DNA of 64,000 nucleotides from assembly GCA_051362555.1 (NCBI GenBank), contig CM120643.1, positions 10,354,001-10,418,000 on the forward strand, in the 5' to 3' direction. The position numbers and the translations under genes were made by a program. Positions 50,542-64,000 of this stretch are shown piece after piece. Numbering within the stretch: the first letter of the stretch is position 1; every line of letters starts with the position of its first letter. Under the pieces are notes generated by a model. That model did not search any database. It was not told the origin of the DNA and saw only the letters and a list, made by a program, of their open reading frames with translations. This DNA is from Lingula anatina (lineage: Eukaryota; Animalia; Brachiopoda).

Positions 50542-51244
50542 ATAGAATTTATTGAGAATATAAAACATTGAGAAATTCCATTTAAATTGATAAAAACAAT
50601 CAGTCCTTAAATTTCATAGAATTGATTGGTTTATATATAATGGTACAGTTAAGACATAGTGAAAGTGGACTTGCTTTTGGTCTATTTTGAAATATTACTG
50701 AATAAATAAGTATTTAATTACAGAATGTAAAATCTCAACAATTTCATACGTTGAAGTTGGTTTTAAAGAAAAATGTCCTTGTTTTAATTAGAAATGATTC
50801 AGATTTATCCAGGAAATGGTGATTAATGCCAATGATAATCCCCTTCAGTGTATGTGATGTCTGGGATTAATTAGTGTTTATTAATTAGGAATGTTGATGG
50901 ATAAGGTGTATGTGTTTTATATTATGAAGATGAAAGTAATGGCAATTTATGACAGGCGCTGTGAGTGATGTACAGTGCACACAGGCTTGTTTTTTTGAGG
51001 GGATTTTTTTTTATCTGTGTGAATTGAAATACTACAGTTATTTATGGGGCACCTGGATGTTTTTATTATTTCATTATTTACATTCATTTCCCTGAGTTTA
51101 AGATCAAGTTGGAAGCTTACCTTTAAAATGAGCAATACTATGCTTTTTCCAGTAAATGAATAAGGAACTAGGGGGAAAGTATTTTCTTTGGTTGAGATAC
51201 GTTGTTTTGTATATCAAAACTCTATAACTCAGGGTGAATACTTC

Positions 51245-51247
<3 letters not shown>

Positions 51248-51338
<91 letters not shown>
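51248..51338. repeat. poly(A) plus (AT)n microsatellite
   Basis: Direct reading. Confidence 0.9.
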
Positions 51339-51341
<3 letters not shown>

Positions 51342-52610
51342 GTGACAGCCATGTTTTATTCATGCTGAGGAAGGAGCACTGGTAGTGAACAAGGAAGTCA
51401 ATAAAAGGAAGAAAAATCCTTTAAGTGAAAATAAATTACATTAAGGTTATGAATATCCTGGGGATTTCAGATTGTAAAGAAGTATCTTAAAAATCTATAA
51501 AGGTCAATTTTAGGGATATGTTATTAAAACAAAAAGACACCCTAAGGGATTTATTTCTATAAAAAAAAGTAACGCTCCTGCGTCCACATCCTGGATTTCC
51601 CATTCTGACATGTGTATAAACTTGAACACACTTTCAGTTCAACAAAGACACAGGAAAATGATAAACCGTTCTTCCCATTTGTATAACTTTCAAGAAGCAG
51701 AAACGTACCGGAATCTGCTTTATTCTCCACCGGCAGTAGTCCAGCGGGTTAAGGTGAGGACATGCAAATATCACATAGACCACATTTCTTTATGTGTGAA
51801 TCTTACAAGTCAGAAGAAAAATCAATTCTAGGTCTGGTACTTCATGTATTGTTGTCTCCCTGGAGAGTCTTCTCTTCAAGGAAATTGGTGGGCATTATGT
51901 GAGGCGTAATCAGTGCAAGTCAGGGACTTGTCTGAAGAAAAAATTGATCGATATTCAGTGCTTTGAGGCGCCATGCATTCACTCCGTTTTTGCTAGATTC
52001 ATATGTGTCAGGAAGGTAAAAGTCAGTTGGCAAGGTGAGATATAAAGAAAGATGAGAATTTGCGTGGATGGAATTTTTCATTCTGATTCAATAGAAAAAT
52101 AATTCAATTTTAAATGAGTTGAGCTAATGGTATAAAAGTGGCACGTAGATATATCTTAATATAAGTTCCCGATATTAGTTAGAAAATGTTCTTGATATAT
52201 TGTAGAGGGATAGTTTTTTATAAAAGAAATAGAGAATGTTTTGTAGATTTGTATGTTTCAAGATTTTTATTATTCAGTCAAGTATTTGATAAAATGAGGA
52301 TGATGAAAATTGAAGGTTTCTGTGATAAACCATTAACTTGCCCTGCTATATTTGATTGTCAAGTAGATGATATTTCAGATAATATTCAGAAATATTGATT
52401 CATATAAAAATGACGTTCAAACCAAAAAGTGCTCATCAGAATATGATGTTTGATAGACAGTTAAATTACAATAGAGGAAAACATTGATTTTAATCCTTTG
52501 GATGCGTGAAAAGTAAGCCTACTAAAAAGATCAAGAAAAAAAAAAGACAAGTAATTCACCTACATGCATGTAGCATGTAACCCCCTTGTTTTGGCACAAT
52601 TCCTTTCTAA

Positions 52611-52841
52611 GGGCCCATTCACACAAATATTTGGATCAATCTATCTCCCTGGAGAGTCTCACTAAATTGCTGTCAACTTGACCAGCTTAAATGTCTGTCA
52701 CGTCTAGCAAAGCTGTTAGGGGGTAATTATCTTTACCCCCTAGCTGATTCGATAGGCATGACAGACATTTAAGACGGTTACTTGACAGCAATTTAGTGAG
52801 ACTCCACTAAGATGGATCGATCTAAGCATGGGAACCCAGTC
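52611..52841. mobile_element. Fully palindromic variant of MITE family B
   Basis: Left half matches family B left half; right half is its inverse (gagtctcactaaattgctgtcaa / ttgacagcaatttagtgagactc; cttaaatgtctgtca / tgacagacatttaag); TAA on both sides. Confidence 0.85.
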
Positions 52842-53249
52842 TAAAAGTGTGGCAACCTTGGCTCTCCAGCACAACATAAAAAAAGCCTCTCTCCAGGGAG
52901 ATTCACGTCATGTGTAGTTGTGGTAGATTTCCTGATAGTATGGCTCTCTTGGGTCCCCAGTAATGAGAATTACTGCCAAGATGATATTTTCAAGAGGGTA
53001 GCTAATCCAGTTTTTGGTCAATTTGCATTTAGTCAGATTATGGAACCGGTAATTTCAAATAAAATTTCCGGTCATGTCCACTGTCATTGGGATAATTTCA
53101 ATACATCCAATTAATATTTTTAGGTCCAAGGTTGATTCTGCAGTATTTTTATCTTTCATCTATTCTGTATGAGAATAAATGATTAACAGTTAAAGATTGA
53201 TGCTTATTACCTTGTATTAAAAATGGTTAAGATTTATTTAGGTTGTAGG

Positions 53250-53282
53250 TATGTGTGTGTTTGTGTGTCCACTGTGTGTGTG

Positions 53283-53335
<53 letters not shown>

Positions 53336-53517
53336 AATTACAACAACTGATGTAACTTTTTTTAAAAAGGTAGAAGGCAGAAATAAATGTACATGTACAT
53401 GCACAATGTATTTGGCAAAGCAAGGTATTCTTTCTCTTGGGAGTAAAGAGAATTGCACTTGACTGGTTGGAAAAGAGGAAAAATGAAGAGAGAATATTTC
53501 AGATGTAGGTGTTTGTG

Positions 53518-53573
<56 letters not shown>

Positions 53574-53779
53574 AAAAAGAAGACAGGAAGAAAATTGAAA
53601 GAAAGAAAATAGATTGAAATGAGGAAAGAAAGATTGAAATAAGGAAATAAAGGAGAAAGAGTGAGAGAGAAAGAGTAGAAGAAGTAGATAACAAAATCAG
53701 GCAGAAGAAAAAGAAAGACAGAGAATGGTAAAACAAAATGAGGAAAAAGGAAAAAAGAGAGAGAGTGGGAGGGGAGGAG
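53250..53779. repeat. (GT)n, (GA)n and long purine-rich tract
   Basis: GT run 53250-53320, GA run 53521-53570, then about 210 bp of mostly A/G. Confidence 0.85.
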
Positions 53780-56700
53780 GTACCCATCCATCTGGTTCCT
53801 CCACATGTTGTAATGTGGCAGCGTAATTGTTTTCTCAGAGTGGCACATGTGTTAAGTCAGTGTAGGAAGAGAGTGATAGGCTAAGCTCAGGAGTCCAGAT
53901 GGCAGTGAAACTGCTGGGGAACATCTGACACTACTAAAAATACTTAACTCACTTCATTGCTGGACTGGCTGCCGAGGAGACCAGACGCGTTTCTGTGATT
54001 CTCGCAGTGAGTTTTCAAGTCGTGATTTTTGTGTTTCGAACCAGGAATGTATCACAGGATTCAGAAGTGATTTTATACTGATTTGTGTGTGACTTGATTA
54101 CCCAGAGCTGCTTTCCTTGATGGACTCGCTATAGAGAAGTCTACAATAATTTTAAAACAGGATTAAGCCAGATTAGGAAGGGATTAATGTCATTTCTGTG
54201 TTGTTTTTCCAGTGGATTAGACATAAACCTATTTCTGAGAATACATAAATTTCATTGCTGGGAATAATTGCAGTGAATGGTTGAGGAGTTGTTTCAAACT
54301 TTTCATTTTGAATTGCTGTTTCTTAATTTTAACAGCATCAATTAAACTTTTTTTGTTTGTTTCACACATTGTATGACTTACTGACAGAGGACAGGGTACT
54401 AAGAAATAAAGAACACAGAAATCTAAGAGGTAATTTTCCTGAAAAAAACTGTCAAGAATTGTTTTAAGTCAGTAAAGTTGACAAAAAGGGGGAAGAGGAA
54501 AAATCTTACAAAAAAGTGAGGTAGCACCATTTGTGTTGCCTGGATAATCAGACTGCCATTAAATGAAGTCCGAAATTGTCTTAAAGACTGTATCAAGGCT
54601 ACAGGAGGAGCGGACAAAATCGCTGATTTGCCTTCGTGATCTATCCAGTAAGTAGACCTACTTGACACTTGATTATATGAAGAATTAAAGACCGTTTTGG
54701 CATCCATTAACAAAGAGGTCATAATCAGTTATTTTCATTGTTGCTGAAGTAATTGATAGGATATAAGGCCAGGTGAAGGTGACAGTGTTTACAGTCTTTG
54801 CTTTTTCAAATTGATGTAAGTCAACTGAATAATATAAAGGTCTATATTCTTTTTGAACTTACTCTGTAGTGAAGATTTCATCAAATGCTCTATGGCTTAA
54901 AATCTTGCCTATGGTGAATTACCACATGTTCCAGTTTGAAATTCTTCATGTAGGAACCAAATGATAATTATGTACAGCAAGGTGCATTTCACCCTGTTAT
55001 CAGTCATTATACTTAATTGTGTAACCACACTTCACCTGTGTGATAACAAGACTATTCAGTCAAGGTGTATAATAGTCAGGACTCTGGAGGTGTCAGCTTT
55101 GTTATAACTGCGATATTAGACACTCTCGCACACAGTGTTTTGTTTGTACAACCTGGGCTTTCTAGGCATAAGGACACGGAGTCTTTTGTTCAGTGAAGAT
55201 CAGGTGTTAAATCTTCCTAACAGATTTTCCTTTCAGGTGTTTCATTAAGGCTAATTGGTCGAAGGACAAGTTTAATGTGATATGATCTGCTAGGAGGTGA
55301 TGTTTCAACTGTATTGCTGATCAAAATGTTTTATAGTGCCCTAGTTGGGTTTGAAGATTGTGTGATAACAGGTTCAATCACACAGGTTCAGGCTGCTGTA
55401 CTAGCTAGTACTCATCTTGTGACCAATTTGATTCTTTTCCAGCTTTTGTGGGACTGAAACTTTGGAAAAGAGATTAAGACAATAATAATGACAAGCAAAA
55501 TTTGTTTTCATTTCAAGCACGCCTCGTGATATTTTGAAGTCGCATGACTTTCGATAAAATGTTTCCAAGTTATCATGTGAGAAAAGCACATGATGGGGGG
55601 AAAGAAATGATGATCCGTTAAGGAATGCTACTGTTAAAGATGGGAAGAATTTGGAGCACTACAAAGTCATCTGTTATAATATATCAGAGAGGGAATGATA
55701 TAGGATTAACACCTGTTTAAGGTGAGTTCAATGGCCAGAGAGGTCAGAAAATGATGTAATTATTAGTAACTGGAGAAGTTTGTTTTTTTTTCTGCTTCTC
55801 TTGGAAACGTATTGATAGTGACAAATGTCATTGGAAAATATTTTATGGAAGTTGTTCATAAAGCACATGGGGTGAAACTTCATTATAAACAACACTGGCA
55901 CAGTTCGTACCTATGTCAGTTTTCTAGATTGATATGCTGTTCATGAATTACAGTTGTAAATTGTGTAATTCACCATAAGTATAACTTATGTTTACGGTGA
56001 TTATTCCATTACTTCAGAAGATTTATAATTTAATTGCATTAATTAAAAAACCCTAATATGAACATCGTTTTGTCACAATTAACCCCGCCCATGTTACACT
56101 CCAACGTCTGCCGGCTTAGAAATCCTGATCTGCGATTGGTTAAATTGGATGAACATTGTGTAATGATTGACAAGAGAGAGTGTTGGGAGTATTGGTAACA
56201 TGTGAAACCCATCAGTGTAGGATTTATAGCCGTACATATGCAGTTGATTAGTAAAGCAAACACTTCACCCGCCAGACTGGAGCCAGGAGTGACTGCTGTA
56301 CAGACGCAAGTTATCAAGAACACATTGCTGAGAGTCTCTAGAAACAGAGTACTGAAACTCATTTATACCACTGGTCCTTATGATTTAATAGCCGCTGACA
56401 GGTCTTTATATTATAGCGTTAAAAGTGTGACAAGAATGGAAAAGATGTCAGTTAATCAGTGCATCAATGATAATGCAGTTGAAATATCTCTTTTTTTGCC
56501 ATTTGCAGAATTTATCGAGATACTTATTGCAAGTAAGGATGAATGTAACACGAAGATAACTTCAGATGAAAAAATACAAAAAAAAGAAGTTATTATTTTA
56601 GCAAATGATAAGTTTAAAAGGTTAAGAAAATATGTTTCATGTGTGGCAGCCATTTTTAAAAATAAAAATTAAAGATCCCCTCTTACTCATAGGGCGATAA

Positions 56701-59700
56701 AATTCAACAGTGAACATCAAAAGTGTGGATCTTATCTTCATAACTGCATGTTTTATATTTCTTCAATAAACCCAAATGGCTTTAAAAATTCCTCAGATAA
56801 ATGAAGCACTTGATACAAATTCCGTGATAGGCAGAAATGTGCAGTTGTGCCAATATTTCATTAACTTACATCTATTAACTCCAATTACTGTTTGAACATT
56901 ATTTTGTTTTTAGATGTAATTATGCTGTTCATAACAAATAATGAAAACAAGCAATAAAATTTTATTTAAAGGTTATCATTTACAGCATCACTATACTACA
57001 TTGGAGTTAAAATACAAAGGTTTACATAGAAGTAAAGTTTTTTATTCTAACAGTAAAAATAATACATTTTGAGCATAAGAGCAAAAACTTGTTCTACTCA
57101 GTAAAGAGTGGGTCATGGGGACACTTTCTTAACAAGCACTTAGTGAAAAACTATCAAGAGCATACACTGCAAGTTGGTGATCACAGATGGTTGCTGTTTT
57201 TATCGCAGATCAGCCATTCAACGTCCATTAAGGCATCATAAGGTGACAGACATGTTGGCCTTACTAGTACACTGTAATGACAGAAGGTCATAAAAATGTC
57301 ATTAAGAGAACCATCTGTCAAATGCTGATTGTAGGTGACAAAGCAATGGTGGTCCTATAGGGGCAGGGGGTGACAGCTAGCATGTTGAGGGGATAAGGTT
57401 TTGATATATATTTTCATAGATTTTGATTTATATACATATATTATTATATGTGTGTAATAATTTAAAAGTGTGACTTATTCATCATCAGGTGTATGTGTTG
57501 GTATGTTATCATAGCTGTATCATATAGGTTCCAAGCCTCTGTACTCTAGCAAATGATCACGTTTTAAATTTTTGAAAGATCTTTAATTGTCAATCAGAAT
57601 TCCTCGATTACACTCTGCACTTGATTTCTTTTTTTTTTCTGTTTTGAGTGGCAAAAAAATAAACCATTCACACTGACAAAAGGCATGTTTCTAGCAAAGC
57701 AGGCTGGAAAGGAAATCAGATGTCATTGAAAATCAGCTTGAAAGCTTTGAGATAGTGAACAGTGCTGGTTTCCTTTAAGGTCTGTTCCTTTTTACTCATG
57801 AAGAGGAAATGGACTTGATGGAACTTGGGTGGCTGACACTTGAAACACTTTTCCTGGAAATTTGGAGCTAAAAAAGCTGCTTTATTTTTACATATCTGGA
57901 AATTGTCAAGAAACATTGGGGGAGTTTGAGTGATGACTACTCCCAGTGCTTCAGTTTCAGTTATAAACTTAATTGTACAGGAGAAAAAAATATTAGTATT
58001 GATAACAGAGCACTAGTGCACGATGATCCAATTGACATAAAATCTAACATCTGGGACATATTTCCATCTTATAAATAAGACCAAGATGAGAAACAGAAGA
58101 GCACCTGAACAATATTCAGAATGAAAATTTCACAAACGCCAACTATAACCTCTAAAGTGATGCCAACTGGCAAATTAAATATCATGCACAAATGTTTTTT
58201 TGATTTGATATTTGTCTCTTAGTAGTTTACACATACCACCTGTTTCAGTGAAAGTCGAATTATAAAGCTGTGCACAACTTAAGATTTTAAGAATGGGAAG
58301 TTGGGGAGGGGTGGTTGCCTCCACATTTATGGACCCCCCCCCCCCATCCCCCCACCCCCCACCCCACCCCCTCTTCTCTTACTTGACTAGATATTTTTAT
58401 GAGATAGACAATGTGGTATTGTATTTTACATTATTATAGCAATAGTGTTAAACTTAGTAGAAATCTGATTATCTCCCACTCCAAAAAAGAGAAAAACTAT
58501 CTTTCATTTTCTTTACTGTCATGGCAAAATGAAGGCTGGCATGTAACAACTTGAAGAGCACTTTACTACATAATACTATATGATACTATAGTATGTAATG
58601 ATTTATGATGAACATCTTTATAAATGTTCTATTTCCCTTACTTCTCTATACAATTATATACCATAGTTATATGTTTATAAATACAGACTTTTCATTATTT
58701 TCACTTTTAATAAGAAAATATTTTCACTTTTAATAAGAAAATAATGAGTGGCATGAGACAGCTGGAAGAGTACTCTGACAACACTCCCCGCAACACAAAA
58801 CCCAGAATGCAGCCTTTAAATACACTTGTGTTGGTATTTCTGTTGCCCTGACTGATCCTCATGGTGGCTCCAGTGGTCTTGCCAAACATCTGGGCCGGTG
58901 ATCTTGGGGGCCCTAACAAGGGAAAACATATTTTATTCACACACGCCAAACATTTGGGGGTGATTTAGTCCTGAGGTGCGTTCACACACCTGTGACTTGT
59001 GAGAACACACATTTTTGGGGGATTATCTCAAAAATTTATCTGAATTATCTAGCCGGCTGTAAATTGCATTCAGAGTTGCTTGCATTATCTGGTGCAGACC
59101 CCCCCTCCCCCCCACCTTTTTTCTGCAATAGCATAGCCTGTGAGAAAAAAATATAGTGCAACTGTGTGTTCTTCATGATGTAACATATTCACCATCATCA
59201 AACATGCCGTGGTATTTGAGTTTTTGTGGGCACAATACAACGAGAGATCCGTGTGAATGTGTTGCGCCTCTATGAATGGCAGAAGTGGTGTAACTTGCTG
59301 GCGCCAGCGCCTGATGAGAGGGTCGATTCATTCCATATGTACAGGTTGCTACAGAATCTGAAAGCAGCTGTTACTGTTGCCACACACTGCAGGGTCTTGA
59401 GTGGAACAGGACATTTTGAATGTTCTCTATTCAGTGGATAATTTTAGCTGACTTGCCCATCCCACACCCACCCTAGCCAACTTTAACCTACCTCCAAGGC
59501 CATCCCCACCCCCCAAAGTTACCAACATACATTTATGTAGGTAGTCCTTAGTCTAAAATGTTTGGTTTTTAAATGTTGATATTAAAAATTCAATAATACC
59601 TTTAAAAATAAATATGCTTTGAATCCTGTGTCTATAGATTTCTCAGTCCTGTGCTGTCAAAACTTCTTTCTTACTTTCTTTCTTTGCAACTTTTATTTTT

Positions 59701-61109
59701 CAGTTTGCCTGTACAGATTGTTACTATTACAAACAGAAAGACTGTATACATATTAACATAGTCTTAAATTGTGATATCTATTTGCTGTGTAGTTAAATGT
59801 GGTTGTGAGTCTCTCCTGTAGCAATACATGTTCTGTAAGCCTAACGTCCAAGCCATGGTCACTCTACCACATTTTTGTTGAGCACTTCTTAGCCAGTTTG
59901 CCATAAAAAACAAACAAACAAAAAAACTTACAGCCAAAACTTCTTATCAGATTATTTATGCCAGCGTTGTTCTCTCCAGAATAAGGATATTTTTGATATC
60001 TTCCCCCCCCACTCATCTTTTAGAAGGCTGTTTATAATACAGAGGTTAAACCAAGCTGAAGATGAAAAAAATACCCCCTAAAATTACCAATCAGCCTCTT
60101 ACTTTAACAAACTTGATATTATAGATTAATTCTCTTTTAGTCAAATAATTTATTTCTATATATCTGCATGAATTATGCGCGTGATGATCATTCCATTAAG
60201 TGATCTGAACCTGCAGCAGAGGCTACCTCGAAAAAGCCTCTCCCTGCCAGTGTACTTAATGTGGGTATCTCATTATTAATTAAGCACCGAACAACCCAAG
60301 ACACTACTTAGAATGGCAGCTGGTAATGTTGATTCCAGAGAGAGGATGGGAGGGCTTAAGTAGTTTGACATTTGTCATACTTAAGTAGTGTTCTTGTTTG
60401 TTAATTCATTCTTTGTCTACTGTACATAAATTTTTGTCGATTTTGGGTACAGTTTATTGGTTTATTTTTCTGCATTAATTGTTGTGGATTTTGAGTACAT
60501 TTTTTTCTGATATATATATATATTTATTTATTTATTTATTTATTTTATTATTATTATTATTTTTTTTTTTTTGCAAAGTTCTAATGCCTGATGAGAAAAG
60601 TATGGAGACTTTTATCTTATTAATGGAGCATTAGATTTTAATGTTTCCATGAAATTATTAGCTTGAAATCTTACATTAATTGATAACAAGTTTTGGTATT
60701 TCAGATTTTGTTTCTTTCTGCAGCATACATAAAATATTAAGATTTTCCATCATTATACAAAAGAGCTCTTTGTTGACCAAACCCAAGAGAATTATGAATT
60801 TGATCATCTGTAGCTCACAGTACATGTAAGTGCAACAAGGGAGTAGGTGGAGTGAAAAAACAAGAATAATAGGCACAACTCCTATTTACTCAAGTACTGT
60901 CTTCAATGTTGAGTGGTCATATAGTGCAAAAAAATACACCCAGTTATGGGAGATTCCTCAGCCAAGTTACATGGATTACAAATGTGGAATTCACACACAT
61001 AATTAAGGACAGACCTCAAGCGTTCTATTTCTCCAAGTTGTTATTGCTGCAGTTGTTCTACCTGATAGTTATCTGGGCTGTTGTAATTGCACACCATGGC
61101 TGTTCTATA

Positions 61110-61140
<31 letters not shown>

Positions 61141-61206
61141 GTGTTCAATACTTATGTAAGTGATAAGTACTCTAGTGGATAATTTGTTAGGCAAGGGAAA
61201 ATTTTG

Positions 61207-61209
<3 letters not shown>

Positions 61210-61242
<33 letters not shown>

Positions 61243-61255
61243 CCTCCCTCCCTCT

Positions 61256-61295
<40 letters not shown>

Positions 61296-61316
61296 CCCCT
61301 CCCTCCCTCTCCCTCC

Positions 61317-61367
<51 letters not shown>
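61210..61367. repeat. Pure C/T tract followed by (GT)n
   Basis: About 110 bp of only C/T, then GT repeats. Confidence 0.9.
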
Positions 61368-61370
<3 letters not shown>

Positions 61371-61534
61371 GAGCGATTTTAGGCCGTCTTCTGGGTCTTT
61401 TGGAAGACGGTCAGATTTTCTAGTTTACATTGAAGGGTATCTAATTTTTCCTGTCAGAAGACGGTCAAAATGGGGGATGGATCAATAAAGATAATTTAGA
61501 AGCCTGTCAGAAAATATGTCTGGATCCGCCCCTG
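61368..61534. mobile_element. Putative 167-bp MITE inserted into a GT microsatellite
   Basis: Left CAGGAGCGATTTTAG versus right CTGGATCCGCCCCTG (imperfect TIR); tgtgtg on both sides; internal gaagacggtca twice. Confidence 0.55.
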
Positions 61535-63692
61535 TGTGTGTAATGATAGGGTTATTGACCTAGCTCCCAATGCCCATGAAACCTTGCCATTGCATGGAAA
61601 GGACATGTCAGTCAGTATACAGGTGGTTATAGAAGCAGACATGGTAGAATACCCATATCAATTTTGTTCTCAGACGTAACTAAGGATAGGGGACAGATAT
61701 ACAGTGAAAATTGGCGGCTGGGTATCACCATGAATTGGGGGGGGGGGGGGGGAGCAGTTCAAGAATTTGTGATGGATGTAATTTTACTGAATGAACACAT
61801 TTAAACTGCTATTTTAATTTGATTGATTGATTGGCAGGGTGTGTTCCAGTACTTCTTCTGAAAAAAAATGTTCTTCATTGATTTTAGAAATTTAAAACTA
61901 ATGAAATTGGTGATAATGTATCCTAACAAAATAAAAACAGTTGTAGTGTTTTTTAACTGTGAAATTAAGCAGGTAAGCAAGGCAAAGAATTCTTTTGAAA
62001 AGTTTAATTTATGAGATGATTGTGTTATATAGAAATGCCACTTAGAAAGGTAAATTTTTCCAAGTGGGTGGTATTCCTCTTTATAAGCATGGCCCTCTTA
62101 CAACTATAATGTTTCCCTAAAAAGCTGATAATTGTACGAGCACAGGTATGTTAGTCTCAGTGGTGAAAAGTGTAAAATGGTACTGTAGGTGGTCTTTTCA
62201 TACCAAATAACCTTCATTTCCTCTAAGGAAGAAAAAACTAATCCCTTTAATTGTTTGGGATTGTCCCATGAATCCACATTAATTGTTATCAAAAAGAACT
62301 TAAAAAGATAAATAAATGATTTTCGTCAATTTCATTCAAGAATAAGAACTTGGTTAAAGAGAAAAGTTGAAAAAATTAACAGCGAGTCAAGGTGCCACAA
62401 CTAGTGCCCCCTATTTAAATTGACCTTTGACCTAAATACCCGCATGGAATTTGTGTTTAGTTTGAGTTTTGGTATTGTCAAATGCTATATAATCACTCCT
62501 GAGTCACCTACCTGCATCCCATGGATGCAATTTTCACTGGTCTCCTAAGTAGAAATAAATAAACCTTTTTTACTCAGCTGAATTGGGAGAAATACTGTCA
62601 ACAACTTTGACCATATATTTTTCAGAGAAGTCTTTTGTCACAGTAAAACCAATTTTCAAGCCTGGCTTGCAATTTAGGATGGCTTGCTTTTTAATGGGTT
62701 GTTGATGGACTATTTTTTTTACATTTTATTATTTTAAATGGGGAATATGGAAATAAATCCTCAGGCCTGTATTTTGCGTAACTTGTATGAATGTTTGAAG
62801 TGGCATTGAAAATCTTTCAAAAAGGTAGTTGTTTTTTAATTGTGGTATTGTGATTTCAGTTTGAAGATATTCTAATCTGGTTAATTGTTTCAGTTTGAAA
62901 AGGCAAAAATAGAAATATCAAAAAGTGGCACTGACAACAACCTGCCACCCCCCACTAAAAGGAAAAAAAGTTTACTGATAATGCCAGCAAAAAATCTGTG
63001 TCAGAGTATGTAATTCTTTTACATTATAATCTTCATCCAACAGTTTTCTTTGCAGTTAAAGAAAATATACCAGTATCCCCCTTTTGTCATCATAATTATC
63101 CTTTTGTAGTGGTTTGAGGACATCTTTGTTTCCAAGATGGCGGTGGTCGGGTTTTTATGATACCAAAATGCTACCAGCAGTTTGTAAATCTGGAAGAGGT
63201 TAAAGCTGAGGAGAAAAGAGAAATGGGAACAAGTGCTCTGGAGTGTAATCAGACATACTGACTAGTTGATCCTGCTTGTCTTTATTGATAAGTTGTGAAA
63301 GAAACATTACAATGAAAAAAATATGCACATACATGTACACTGTATACTTAATACTTTATATGCACATATAACCTTGTCTGCTGTTTTGCAGTCATGAAGC
63401 TCTACCTCATCTTTTATCAGTGTTTTGATACAAATATGCATCCATCAAACATTGATATGCGCTAGTATAAACTTGTATCCAGCCTAGACCCAATCAATCT
63501 CAATACTCGTCAGATGTCTAATATTTCATTACAGATTTATGAAAAATGATCTGTATTGTAGATTCATTTGACCCAAAACATGTCATAGCATTTATTGAAT
63601 TTTATTTGCACAGAAATACACCATTATTAAAGTATCACATAGTAAAATTTTATTGAATAGTGAGGCATGAGATGTTTAGCTCCCCCTCAAGA

Positions 63693-63695
63693 TAA

Positions 63696-63734
<39 letters not shown>

Positions 63735-63735
63735 A
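63693..63735. repeat. (AAAT)n microsatellite
   Basis: Direct reading. Confidence 0.9.
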
Positions 63736-64000
63736 TTCAGAAATAGAAAAAAAAAAAGAATTTTAGCTCCCACTGTCTAGTCAGTTTATGAAGAACATTA
63801 TTTTATATTCTTCTCTTGCTCACATTGATATCATCAAAAAAAAAAGGATATTTGAAATTGAATGAAATAAAATACCTACCTTCATTTTTCCACAAATTGT
63901 ACCAATTCTCCTAAGAAAGATTAAGCTCACCCCTCCCCCTTCAGGTTAAAAAAACATTTTAGGACTCACTGTTGGCCCCAGTAGCATAAGTTCACAGCTT

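Noticed and set aside
52410-52442. Minus-strand CTGATGA...GAAC hammerhead-like string
   Set aside because: GAAA core missing and stems not formed.
53234-53848. 204-aa and 141-aa minus-strand ORFs
   Set aside because: Stop-free only because of CT/CA repeats and the pyrimidine tract.
54517-54540. let-7 and miR-29 seed-like matches (TGAGGTAG, TAGCACCATTTG)
   Set aside because: 3' parts do not match the mature miRNAs and no precursor hairpin is visible.
56202-56672. 156-aa ORF
   Set aside because: GTG start, runs into AT-rich sequence, no recognisable family or convincing splice boundaries.
59050-59100. miR-277-like TGCATTATCTGGT
   Set aside because: Seed (TAAATGC) absent and the putative 5' arm pairs poorly.

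Overview
AT-rich, intron-containing animal genomic DNA, probably an invertebrate (mollusc-like is my inference from repeat style and GILT architecture). The first 10 kb holds two divergently transcribed genes whose start codons are only 225 bp apart. One is a 5-exon minus-strand C2H2 zinc-finger gene (about 882 aa, 8 fingers, Cys-rich N-terminus). The other is a 7-exon plus-strand GILT/IFI30 lysosomal thiol reductase (256 aa) with a saposin A-type N-terminus, an intact CPAC active site and a non-canonical CQGGKQQC signature. Their shared promoter has CLEAR/M-box-like and YY1-like motifs. The remaining ~54 kb has no long credible ORF. It contains many short non-autonomous DNA transposons: several fold-back families with TAA/TTA target duplications, one with a 9-bp TSD and one with a 5-bp TSD. 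It also has microsatellites, local duplications and an enhancer-like motif cluster. The most intriguing signal is a set of scattered, short ATG-initiated plus-strand segments that all end at phase-1 splice donors, one encoding a myristoylation/palmitoylation-type N-terminus. They may be alternative first exons of a large gene whose body lies beyond the window; this is a hypothesis, not established.
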